Part shown: in pieces, positions 50,350-62,358 of the stretch
How positions within the stretch are numbered: the stretch's first letter is position 1
Layout of the letters: each line of letters opens with the position of its first letter
Assembly (NCBI GenBank): GCA_002104905.1
Contig: MCFE01000013.1
Coordinates: forward strand, 186,001 to 250,000
From: Basidiobolus meristosporus CBS 931.73
Lineage: Eukaryota; Fungi; Basidiobolomycota
Length of the DNA stretch: 64,000 bases
Reading direction: 5' to 3'
Translations under genes and position numbers: made by a program
Notes under the pieces: model-generated
The model's input: only the letters and a program-made list of their open reading frames with translations
Database searches by the model: none
What the model was told of the DNA's origin: nothing

Positions 50350-52688
50350 ATGGTCCCCACACCAAGCCTCAACTCATCTTTAGTACAACCCAGACAAAAC
50401 CCATCCCCCAGCTCACAAGCACGGTCTGGACCGGAAAAGTTGATGTTGGATCTGTTTGAGTTCTTGCCAAATGATTTTAGTATGGCCCAAGTGTCTATGA
50501 TGAGCCTTTGTACAGATATTTGGGCACTACTGATTAATCTAGCAGAACTAGATATCTCAGAGAGTTGACAAAGATGGAAGAATTTGAGTTGAAAGCTGTG
50601 ACATGAGTTCTACATCAAGATGCCAGCCAATGTATGTAAGAAGATATATGCAAGACAAGTATTGAAATCAAGAATGAACTGAGAGTGAGGGGATTTGACA
50701 AAGAAGCCGCGCAGGAACAATTTTGTGCGCAACTTGCACAGTACAGGCCGGATGTGTCCATTCATGCCTCAACTTTGGGAACCAAAGAGAGTTTGAATGA
50801 GTTTTTGCCTCAAATGACTAATGTACTACGTGATATGTTAGTAGAGCTAAGTGGCTTCCAAGAGCAATATACACAGGACTCATCCAGGCAACAGCTCCAA
50901 AGTATCAGACAAAGGGTAAGTGAATACCTTGAGGAATCAGATGGTGCGCTTCAGGAGGAAAACTACAGCCCGTGAGCAACATTGTCCAGATTGCGCCAGC
51001 ACACCTTGCTGGATACCCTACCATCTCTTGCAACCACAGCGTGCTAGCGCATGTCAGTCCAGACCACACCAATACCCTTCACCAGAACGCCCCACATTGA
51101 GTCAACACGTACGCTTCAGAGCAAAACTACAAGAACTCACCAAACTGCTCATTTAGACACAAGTCCATTGGAGTGGACCAAGTCGCATCAACATGCAGCG
51201 TCACATCAAGCTCAGCCAAGGGCCATCTCAACGTGTCAAGGCGCGCCTGTGTGTGCTGTTTTGCCTGACTATCAGCAAGTTACTTCTGGTGAACTGACTG
51301 ATGATGACCAAAATGAAGTGCCTCAACCACTGGAGCCCTTGGCAAGTAAAAGAATGCGTTGTGGTGGTGTATAAGTCCAAGGGAGAGATACGTCCAACAC
51401 TTCTCAAGTGTTTTGTGTGTGGGGTGCTCACTGGGTGCAATAACCTCTGGCAAAAGCTTGCTAGGAATACTTGGGTTCTGTCTCTAATCTAATGTGAAGG
51501 GGAATAAAGCCACAAGCTTGTCAAGGGAAAACTATTGAGCTACAATCCCCAACTTAGTTGGCATCTTAACAAAAGTATGTGCTGGGTTCAGCGTCCTCTG
51601 AGATGACATTGTACTAAAGCTTCCAAAGTCAAAACAACTGTAAACTCCACCAGCAGGGACTTGATAAGAATGCAGCTGTGGTCAATAGTTACAAAGACAG
51701 AAAAGTATCTTTGCCTGTACAAGAACAAACTTGGGAAAGAATCAAATATAATAAAAGATACCTACTCTGAGTATTCCTCTCAAGTAGTGCCTCCAAGGTC
51801 AGTTGGCTGGCAGCACGGTTTCCTGGGGGTGTCCTGTGGTCTGGGGTTGGAAGTTCAGGTAGCAGCAGGTAGCAGTGATCACACTAATCAACAAGTTGGT
51901 ATATTGATAAAAGGGATGATGATTTATTGTTGAGGGATAGCCTCCCTTATATACTTTTCTTACTGGCTAAGTGATTACTAATCATGGTGTTCCAGAAGGT
52001 TCCGGATATCAATAGAAATCTTAATGACATCAGAATGACCTAAGAATGTTCTAAGTAGGTGCCGGAAGGTTCTAAGAGGCACAGCACATCCAACCAATCA
52101 GGAATCAGTATTCTGAAACCTGTGTAACATGGGGATACCATATATGGTATGGAAATGGTAGGGATGGTGACATGGGTTGATCATGTGTCACGGATACTGG
52201 CGCGGGTACTTGCCTAATATAGAAGTACTTATAGCTAGTAATCTTACATAAAGTGAGGGGTAACTTATGCAATAAGGTAAGCAGGTGTGATAGTCAACCG
52301 GCTTATGGGATAGTACTGATTGGGTAAGACAAATGGCATAAAACTAAAAGATGTGTAGTAGAGAAATAGGGAAGTACAAAATATAGGAATGAGCACATCT
52401 GTCAGTGGGTGTCACTGTCACCCCACTACAGCGTCAGCGCGTGGCACTGTCACCCCACTACAGCGTCAGCACATGGCACTATAGGCAGGTTCAGTTGGTT
52501 CAGTTGGAGCAATTCAGCGTGGCCAAGCTGCAGCATTGCACTCATCAACTAGGAGGCAAAATACTGACTACAAATACACAAGTAGCCAAGATGATAGTCA
52601 GCCAGGAAGTAGTATAGGTGTGCAAAGTGAGTCACTACCAAATGCTTCAGTAGTAATCCCTGTGAGAAAAAAACCCAGGAGAAGATGA
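50350..52688 (+). pseudogene. Accessory ORF of the PHIS element, unknown function (~420 codons without the solo LTR)
   Basis: ORFs 50685 and 51051 share a frame separated by TGA/TAG stops; the frame resumes after the LTR and ends RKKPRRR-stop; start position uncertain and one frameshift near 50560. Confidence 0.7.
51360..52430 (-). mobile_element. Gypsy B solo LTR (1071 bp)
   Basis: TG..CA termini, perfect 4-bp TSD GCGT. Confidence 0.95.
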
Positions 52689-54532
52689 TGCAATTGCTTT
52701 GAATTGCTCATATTTGTAATGATCCCAACAACCCATTTTTTTTGCAATCCAAATTGAGCCATTGCATATCAGTGATCATCAAATTTTTGATATAAGTAAT
52801 ATCAAGCTCATCTCACATTTGAGACAGAACCCCTATAAATAAACACCCTGTATATATATACGTCATCTGTAATACCAGTGCAGCTATTGGATCTGTTTTG
52901 CACCTACACAATTGCTTGCGTGCTAGCTATGACACCTTGTCCATTCACTAGGATCAGGGATTTACTTGCTCAATGGGCAAAATGGGATATTTGATGGCAA
53001 ATCAGGTAGCTTTTTTAGGAGTCAATGAGCCAATTGGGGGCTGCCAGCTTCAGGATACTTTTGGACCAATTAACCACTGAGATACTGTTCAATTGGAGCG
53101 AGGGTAACCAAAATGGTAAGTATCAGTGTAGTTTATAGTGTGATACACATTTATTTCCATTTACATTAAAGTAACATATCCAAATACCGGATTTTACCTG
53201 CCATAATAGTGGTATCCAATTGTGCACGTGATGCAAACATTACAAGTTGGCGCAATCATCCGTGCCAACCTCATTGTGTCAGATTGTGCCATAGTGTGCA
53301 AGATCATCCCGCATAGTGCAAAATTGTCCAAGAACAATCCTGCCTTCTGGTAGCTATAATATTGCGCCCAATTGTTCTTTACAACCGCAGATTGCACCGC
53401 GTGCCCTGGCAGAGTACAATGGAACAAGTCTACTGGATATGTTTGCGCTTGATTAATACTGAGTGCGGTACTGTATAGCTTTGCAATATTTGTTGGACTG
53501 CATCAGCTTCCTCAGATGGGGTATTACAGGAATATATCCGGAGTGTGAACAATGTTTTCCCTCAATGGTGGTGGATTCTTGACAATTTGGACATGTTGCA
53601 ATGGTAGCATTTTTGGATGTGAATGCCATGCAACTGCTCACACATTCTGGAATCAGGACAGTCTCTGGATCATATGTTGCCAGCTGCATGACGGTTGTCC
53701 ACTTGTACCATGTACATGGTAAGTTGCATCCTGGTATGATTTTGGCAAGAAGTAGTAATAAATCCTCAAAGCCCCCATTACTGATATTAGTGGAAATGTG
53801 CCACTTCTCTAGCCACAACATCACATCATTCACCAGTGGATGGATTACTGGGCTCACTTGGCTCTATAAAGTATCCTTGGTATTTGTCTCAGCAGGTTTT
53901 GTGTCATTGCATATAGGGATTTGACCGGGCTCATACATGGTACTGTTGTTAGGGGAGATAGGCTCAAAATCCATCAGTGAACCATCTTTGTCAGAGCTAT
54001 CACTCTGCGTGCCATATTCAGAAGGCTGAGGTGAGCCTAAAGGCATCACAAACTCACCTGACTCAGTTTGCGCAAGGTGACAAAGATGGCCAGGTGCTAA
54101 TATAGAAGTATCAACTGGCCGGCAAGATAATGTTGGTACAGTAGTGACCAATGAATGGTCAAATATGACTTGGGTGGCAAACCACTGGCCATGATCCTTG
54201 TTATACTTCCTGTGCTGTCTATGTGCTTCATGGCTGAGAGTCTTGCCACCATGGCCACATGGTCTTTTTTCTCTTCTCTTACAGTGTTGAGTCAAAGTAG
54301 TCTTGTCCATGGGGCAAACAGTTTGACCTTCAACTACATAACGCTATTATATCACTTTTTGGTCAATACTCATGTGAACTTAAGACAGTCTTGTATTTGA
54401 TACATTGCACGTACATGAATGTAAGATTCAATGATGACCTGCCATAGTAAGCATTATAAATAAAGTTGTGGCACCACATACACACATATATGTAACACTA
54501 TTTCCCCTTTGATTTGACTCACTTCCATATAT

Positions 54533-56605
54533 ATGCCGCCAAAAAATAAAGCAAAGTCATCTGGTTCTCAACCAAACCCCACCGCTGACAGCAACAGAAG
54601 AATGGTTGGACAACAGCTTGCTTTGACATTCAGTGCAATAAGTGGGGCTACATCCAAAAAAGGCCCTGTGGATAGTGTGCCCATTGAAGGTAATAATGCG
54701 GACTCCTCAGGCTCTCAGTCAAGTAGGCAATTGAGAACCTCTGCGGAGCCACAGGCTGACTGTTATGCTCAGGCAGATGAGATTGTAGCAAATGCAGTAC
54801 CCTCTGTTGAAGATCAGCAAGTGGCCATGATAACATCACCACCATCTGTATTAGCAAGTATGTTGTCAGCTCATACCAAAGCATTAATGAAGCAATTAGG
54901 TGCAGTGGCTGATAGGATAGATGCAATGTCCCAGAGAAATCAGCAAGTAGTCCAGAAACAGGATGAGTGGGTAATATGTGTAGAGCAATCAATATCCCAG
55001 GTAGGGAAAGCAGTATCTTTGCTGCAAAGAAGGAACTCAAGTAGCTCAATGTCACAGCCAGGAATTGAGCCATTTCCCAATGTAACAGCAGAGGAACACT
55101 GTACAGTCTTTGAAGCACAACAACAGTGCCCAAAGATAAAGCCCACAGAAAAACCTATCACCGCATGGGAGGGAGACAATGTGGTGTTTATACCAAAGCC
55201 TAAATATCAAAAGACATTGAAGATCCGTGAAGCCGTTGAGTGCAATAATGAAGAGTGGGCTAATATACAAGAGGCTGTCAGAAGTCTAGCACACCATCAC
55301 CTTAAAGCCGGCATACCATGGGACCATCAGGAACTCAAGGCCAAGCAGAATGCACTTGACTTGTTCCATGAGCATTATCCTGGATTCAAGTGGGCAAATG
55401 GATTTTGGGCCAACATTGGTATGCCAAGAAAGTATCTTAAGAATAGCAGAAACTATCAAAGGCGGAAGAACAAGGGTGCCATGGCTAAAAACCAGCAGCT
55501 TCCTCAAGAGCCCATTACAAGCAGGGCCAAAAGCTCCAGACAAGCGTCAAAGAGACATCAGGCTGCTGGAAGAGTGCCAATTAAGGACAAGTAGGCAGAC
55601 ATGGATGCACCAGCACAACATTTTTCAAGGAAAATGCGTAGTACCACCCAAGAAGCACCCAGTCAAAGTAGCAGTGAAGGACCTGGCAGTGATAAAAACC
55701 TGCTGCTTTTACAGGAACCCATCACAACTACGGTTGAGAGCTCAAAACACACTGAAAAGAAATGTCAGGTTGCCAGAAGAGTGCCAGCAAGGGACAAGCA
55801 GGCCAAAACAGATGCATCAGAGCAGAATTTATCCGGGAGAAAATGTAATTCTTTACAAGAAGCACCCAGACAGAGTAGCAGTGAAAGACCTGGCAGTGAT
55901 AAAGGAAGAGGTGAAGGGAAAAATGTCTACCCAAGCCTGAGACAGGGAGGCATGCAAAAAAAACTGCAGTTCTTGCCAATTAACGCCACAAGCCAGGAAC
56001 AGACTGAATCCCATCATAGCCAAGAAGAATTACCAACCAGAAAACAGCTGTTTTCACAAGAGTTGGAAGCGCAGCCACTTGAGCTACACTCCAGCACGGT
56101 AGATGAGTTTGCTGAAAAAGGCAATATGTCTACCACAGCCTCCATTGTTGACAGAGTGGAGATCCCACTGACAGACAAGGCTACAACGTTAAGAGCTTGA
56201 AAGACTATCACAATGCCTTCAGTGGAGTTTTGGAACATTAATAGGCGCACCAAGAGGTTGCAGCACTTCTTCACAAGCAGTGCTCAAGAAAATGCACTGG
56301 AATATTGCAAGGATTTATTGCAAAGACTGGCAGATGAGGAGCTAGACTTTGCAGTGCCGGCTGAAGACCAGGACATGTGGGAACCAGTGAATGAACAGTG
56401 GCATAAAGCTGTTGGGTTCCCACCAAAGTTGTGGAACCAGAGCATCACAGCAGAAATACTAGAAAAAATACTTATTGAGTTGTGGATTTTAATGGAGTTA
56501 CTTGTTGAGTGTGGGGTTGGGCTTAATGTTAGTGTAGGGTAGAGAGACTTGTATAGGTCAATACAATTGGCAATTGAGGTACAACTGCAGTTTCAATGGA
56601 AATAA
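54533..56605 (+). pseudogene. CACTA accessory ORF (~690 codons, three in-frame stops)
   Basis: ORFs 54533, 55601 and 56213 are in one frame; stops at 55592, 56198 and 56540 are sense codons in sister copies. Confidence 0.8.
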
Positions 56606-56936
56606 ATCAATTTGTACGCATGAAAAGTAAGAGAAATGGTTGAGTCAGGAAGTAAGGAGTGTGAAAAAGAGGCAATAGCCAATCAATTCACACAAATGTA
56701 GGAGGCAATGGAGTGTCTGGGATCAGAAAGTGAACAAATTGGCAGGGAACCAATCAAAAGCCACTTATACATTGTTGTGATGAAAAATTTTGACAAAGTT
56801 TTTTGTGAAATCTGGGGTGCAATTATTTTTCAACGGTCTCTGGACGGAGTCCTGACAAGATCAGTACCTCTCAAACATGGGACATTAACTTTGTGACGGC
56901 CTTTTGATGGGATCATCTCAATAATTTTTCATAGAG

Positions 56937-57256
56937 AGGTAAATACAGTTGCAAGTCATATATAGGAGAAAGCAGCAGAATAGTTACAATAGCTAAGATA
57001 CTTATTAATGCACAGTATATTCCTACAAGAAGACATCCACTGAGAGAAATGTGTATGGAGCATTATGAGGAGTAAACAAAGCAAGAAAAGCACTGTTCTG
57101 AGCAACATAGGTAAGATTGAGTAAAAGTACCAGTCACAGTATTCTACCACTGGCTAATGGTAGAAATTTGAGTGCCAGATGGTGACATAGAGTGCCAGAT
57201 CAATCTGGCACTATAAACAGGCTGGTGCTATGGGGGACTATCCAACATACAAGTCT
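56937..57256 (+). mobile_element. PHIS fragment: transposase C-terminus and degenerate TIR
   Basis: Reverse-complement homolog of 48194-48450 + 49186-49250 without the MITE. Confidence 0.8.
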
Positions 57257-60055
57257 GAAGCCTAATAACCAAATGACATTAAAGATTTGTGAAGCTGTTG
57301 AGTGCAATGATGAAGAGTGGGTTAATATTCAAGTGGCAGTTAGAAGCCTAGTACACCAGCACTTCAAGACCAGTATACCATGAGGCCATTGGGAACTCAA
57401 GGCCAAGCAAAATACACATGACTTGCTCCATGATCATTATCCTGTACTCAAACAAGCAAATGGATTTTAGGCCACCATTGGTATGCTAAGATAGTATCTC
57501 AAGAATAGCAGAAACTATCAAAGGCAGAAGAACAAGGGTACAATGGATAAAAACCAGTGGCTTCCTCATAAGCCCATTGCAAGGAGGGCCCTCTAAACAA
57601 GTGTCAAAGAGACACCAGGTAGCTGGAAGAGTGCCAATAAGGGAAAAGCAGGCAGACATGGATGCACCCGCACATCATTTACCAAGGAAAATGCATAGTT
57701 CTATTCAAGAAGCACTCAGTCACAGTAGCAGTGAAGGACCTGGCAGTGATAAAAGCAAGTGGCTACCTCAGGAGCCCATCACAGCATGGGCTGAGAGCTT
57801 GAAACAAGCAGGAAAGTAGTATTAGGTTTCCTGCAAGGTGCCAGCAAGAGACAAGCTGGTCAAACCAGATGCATTGGAGCACTATTTATCAAGGAGAAAA
57901 TGTAGTTCACTGTAAGCAGCACTCAAACAAAGCAGCAGTGAAATACCTTGCAACAATAAAGGAAATGATAAAAGATAAAAGTCTATAAAGCCAGAGGCAG
58001 GTAAGCATAACAAAAAAGCTGCACTTCTCATCAGTTTATGCCTTAAGCCTGGAGCTGGCTGAATCCCATCATAGCCAAGAAGAATTACCAACAAGAGCAC
58101 ATCTGTTTTCACAAGAGTTGGAAGCACAACTAGTTGAGCTACACTCCAGTGAGGTAGATGAGTTTGCAGTAAAAGGCATTATGTCTACCACAGCCTCCAT
58201 GTCCTCCATTTTAGACAGAGTGGAGATCCTACTGAAAGACAAAGTAGCAATGTCAAGAGCTCAAAAGGTTATCACAATGCCTTCAGTGAAATTTTGGATC
58301 ATTAATAGGCACACCAAGAGGTGGTTGTGCCTCTTTAAACGCAGTGCTCAAGAAAGCTCCCTTGAATATTGCAAGGACTTATTGCAAAGACTGGTAGATG
58401 AGATATTAGACCTTGCAGTGCTGGTTAAAGTCCAGGAGGATGTGGTGGTGTATAAGTCCAAGGGAGAAATATGTCAAACACTTTTCAAGTATTTTGTGTG
58501 TGGGGTGTTCACTGGGCACAATAACCTCTGGCAAAAGCTTGCTAGGAATACTTGGGTTTGGACTCTAATTTAATGCGATGTGGAATAAAGCCATAAGCTT
58601 GTCAAGGAAAACTGTTGAGCTACAGTCCCAAATTAGTTGGCATCTTAACAAAGTATGTGCTGGGTTCAGCATTCTTTGAGTTGACATTGTACTAAAGCTT
58701 CCAAAGTCAAAACAACTGTAAACTTCACCAGCAGGGACTTGATAAGAATGCAGATGTGTTCAATAGTTATAAAGACACAAAAGTATCTTTGCCTGTACAA
58801 GAACAAACTTGGGAAAGAATCAAATACAATAAAAGATACCTACTCTGAGTATCCCTCACTGGTAGTGCCTCCAAGGTCAGTTGGCTGTCAGCATAGTTTC
58901 TTGGGAGTGTCCTGTGGTCTGGGACTGGAAGCTTCGGTAGCAGCAGATAGCAGTGATTACATTAATCAACAAGTTGGTATATTGATAAAAGGAGTGATGA
59001 TTTATTGTGGAGAGATTGCTTCACTTACAAACTTTTCTCACTGGCAAAGTGATCACTAATCATGGTGATCCAGAAGGTTCCAGAGGTCAAATAGAAACTT
59101 CAATGACATCAGAATGAGCTAAGAATGTTCTGAGTAAGTGCTGGAAGGTCCTAAGAGGTGTAGCACACCCAAGCAATCAGGAATCAGTATTTTGCAACCT
59201 GTGTGACCTAGTGTTACCATATATGGTATGAAAGTGGTAGGGATGGTGACACTGTTTGGTCATGTGCTATAGATACTGACTCAGGTACCTGCCTAATATA
59301 GATGCACTTATATGAAGTGATCTTACATAAAGTGAGGGAGAACTTATGCAATAAGGTAAGCAGGTTTGATAGTCAGCCAGCCTATGAAATAGTACTGATT
59401 GAGTAAGACAAATGGGATAAAACCAATATAAGGGTAGCAGAAAAATAGGGAAGTACAAAATAGGGGAATGAGCACATCTATAAATGGGTGTCACTGTGAC
59501 CCCACTACAATGTATGGAAACCAGTGAATGAACAGTGGCATAAAGCTGTAAGGTTCCCTGTAAAGTCATGGAAACATAGTGTTACAGCAGAAATACTTAC
59601 TGAGTGGTGGATCTTAATGGAGTAACTTGTTGAGTGTGGGGTTGGTCTCAATGTTAGTGCAGGGTGTAGGGACTTTATAGGTCAATTCTATTGGCAATTG
59701 AGTCACATATGAAGCTGCAACAGAAATAAATCAAATGTAAGCATGAAAAGTAACAGAAACAGTTGAGTCAGGAAGTAATGAGTGTGAAAAAGTGCCAATA
59801 CCAACCAATGTACACAAATATAGGAGGTGATTAAGTGTCCAGGATCAGAAAGTGAGAGAACTGGCAGAAAACCAATCAAAAGACACTGCTGTATCATTGT
59901 ATGAAAAATTTTATCAAGTAATTTGTGGAATCTGGGGTGTTATTACTTTTTGACAGTCTTAGCAAGGTCTCCTGATGGAACAATACCTTGTAGTCATGGG
60001 ACCTTAAATTTGTGAAGGCCTTTTAACAAAATCATCACAATTATTTCTCATAGTG
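57257..60055 (+). mobile_element. CACTA fragment: accessory ORF 3' part and terminus
   Basis: Homologous to ~55190-56936; ends TTTCTCATAGTG (CACTATG reversed). Confidence 0.82.
58441..59509 (-). mobile_element. Gypsy B solo LTR (1069 bp)
   Basis: Homologous to 51360-52430; target collinear; flanks AGGA/ATGT. Confidence 0.9.
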
Positions 60056-60058
60056 ATT

Positions 60059-60321
60059 GTAAAGTTGGCATTCTCTGCAAAACTTGACAAATTCTTGGCA
60101 GTCAGCCTTAATATTTGGCTATTGATATCCTTCAGAGTGTTTCTTCTTCAGAAGTGTGTCAGTTCCAAAGTGGCCAAGTAATTGACTATATACACTCAGA
60201 GGTGGGATAAGATAGACCATAACTAGGATTAGTTATTCTTGGGTTAGGGAAAATCCAATTAGGGTACTAGATCCTCTAACATATCAAAATTGGCCAAGTA
60301 TTTGCATGTTGAGGCACAGCA
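60059..60321. mobile_element. Diverged partial LTR related to 9014-9688 (opposite orientation)
   Basis: Shared CTTGGGTTAGG and AAATTGGCCAAGT blocks; ends CAGCA. Confidence 0.6.
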
Positions 60322-60962
60322 ATCACAAGGCAATGATCACTAAATTTTGATATCAGTGATATCAAGGTTGTCTCACTTTGAGACAGAACCCCTATAAATA
60401 AACACCTTACTTACTCATGCCTCATCTGTAACACCTATTTTTATTTGCAATTGGTTGTGTGATAGATATAACACCTTGTCCAATCACTAAAGTCAGGGAT
60501 TTACTTGCTCAGTAGCCAAAATAGCATGTTTGAAGACAAATCAGGAGCCTGTGTATTGGTCAATGAACCTACTGGGGTCTCACAGCTTCAGGATACTTTT
60601 AGATCAATCACTGACATTCCATCCAATTGGGGCAATGGTAACCAATGGTAAGTGTGAGTGTGTTATATAGTGTGATATGAATTTATTTTCATTTACATTG
60701 AAGGGATATATCCAAATATTAGATTTTACCTACCATGATAGAGATATCCATTGTGCATGCAATGCAAACATTACAAGATGGCACAATCATCTGTGCCAAC
60801 CTCATCGCATCAGATTGTGCCATAGTGTGCAAGATTGTCCCACATAATTCAAAATTGTCCAAGATCAATCCTGCCCACTGGTAGCTACAGCCTTACACCT
60901 GATTGTTCTTAATCACTGCAGATTGTTCTGCATGCCCTATCATGTTACAATGTAAAAAGTCT
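60322..60962 (+). mobile_element. PHIS right-end fragment
   Basis: Homologous to ~52760-53431; degenerate TIR ..AAAGTCT followed by ACT. Confidence 0.78.
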
Positions 60963-61319
60963 ACTTCATCCTGCCTGAGGATATATTTTGCATAGGTACA
61001 CACAAACTTGAGAGAATTAGATCCAATTTATCTTGATTTTGATCTATGCAGAGCACCTGAACAGTTGTCTGGCTTGTTTCCCATATACATTGGCTTCACA
61101 TTTCTCAAAATTCCCTGGGTTATCAATATGTACTCCAGAAACTAGCTTATCCTTAATCTCTTTGTCCATAATATCAAAACTAATATGTGGAAATCCTCTG
61201 CACCAAAGCATTGGTGTTTCTTCAATTGAGTTACCTATATTGGCTTCCAGATTTTATGGGATATTAATCAACTGGTATAAATTCTGATTGCTAATACACA
61301 AAGCATTTTGGGCACTGTT
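60963..61319 (-). pseudogene. Old Copia pol fragment (GAG-pre-integrase region)
   Basis: Diverged homolog of ~2980-3330. Confidence 0.7.
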
Positions 61320-61983
61320 TGTTGTAAAAATTTGTAATTCCGCATAAATACTCACCTAACTTGGTCACTTGGATCATTATCTTCAAACCCTACAGAATAC
61401 TGACCAAATTTCTTGTTGGGATTTACTGGAATATTTTCACCTAAGTATTAGGAACTCAGAATATGAAAATTGATAAGTTGTCCAAGTAGCCCCAAACCTT
61501 GCATACATAGTCTTGGGACCTACCTAGACCTTTCTACCTGCTTATTATACCAGGACCATATAGCCTAATAAATGCTACTTTAACATTTAATTTATCATTA
61601 AGTGAAAACCACATAATCTACCCATTCTCCAAATTGTTGTAAAAGTGAATAATGACACTTGAGTATTCTCCTAACTTGGTCACTTAGATCATTACCTCCT
61701 AACCCTGGAGAATACTGACCAAAATCCTTGTTGGGATTTATTTGGAATATTCTCACCAAGATATCAGCTACCCAGAGCATGAAAATTAGATAAGTTGCTC
61801 AAACAGCCCCAAACTTTGCACACATGTTCTTTGGACCTTTCTAAACCAACTATACATGCTTGTTATGCCAAGACCATGTAAAAGTACAAATGCTACTTCA
61901 ACAGTTAATAAATCATTATGTGACATCTACATAATCTACTTGTTCTCCCAATAACTTCCAATATCTCCAAGACTCTGCCAACA
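61320..61983 (+). repeat. Two adjacent diverged Copia LTRs (61320-61634 truncated; 61635-61983 is the 5' LTR of the terminal Copia)
   Basis: Both start TGTTGTAAAA; the second ends ..CCAACA. Confidence 0.8.
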
Positions 61984-61990
61984 GTTTAGG

Positions 61991-62358
61991 TGTTACAAGT
62001 CTTGGTATAAGAGTTGTAGAGGAATAGGGAGTTTAGCTAGTATTGTATTTACTAAAACTTGAACTGATTTTTATTGAGGTTCCAGCAGCTCCTTATATAC
62101 ATTTTGCCAGATCAATTGCTGACTAATTGTATTTCCTAATGTAGGTTGTGGCTGATGACTCATTTGATTGCATCATCATCACCCAATAAGATCCTACTTA
62201 ATATATCTATTTCTGTCTGATAAGGATCTGCTGATTCATTTGCTGACTAATGCTACTGATTTCATAGATAATACTGATATACTGATAACCTAAACATATA
62301 CTAATTGATTTGACTAAAAACTGATCTAACTTAAACATTCAAGCGGCAGATCATAACA
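61991..62358 (-). mobile_element. Gypsy A solo LTR inserted in a Copia PBS
   Basis: 368 bp, TG..CA termini, 4-bp TSD TAGG. Confidence 0.92.

Larger units (their letters stand above)
48194..53431 (-). mobile_element. Complete PHIS-superfamily DNA transposon, Pangu-like (5.2 kb including two nested inserts)
   Basis: 15-bp TIR AGACTTGTTCCATTG, TSD ATT/ACT, CACTA gene collinear across it, DDE_Tnp_4-type transposase inside. Confidence 0.9.
46378..54310 (-). pseudogene. CACTA/EnSpm transposase (Transposase_21/tnp2 + DUF4218 type), interrupted at 48194-53431
   Basis: CxxC N-terminal motifs, ALDGF, PLLNEF, GDTPA..GF..H.G.YCC, MHLLFNNIP, HSLLHL..GP..FWEFPMEQ.CG. Confidence 0.9.
45970..56936 (-). mobile_element. 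Best-preserved CACTA element, split by the PHIS insertion
   Basis: Transposase on minus, accessory ORF on plus, terminus ..TTTTTCATAGAG at 56936; last ~70 bp of the other end missing. Confidence 0.88.
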
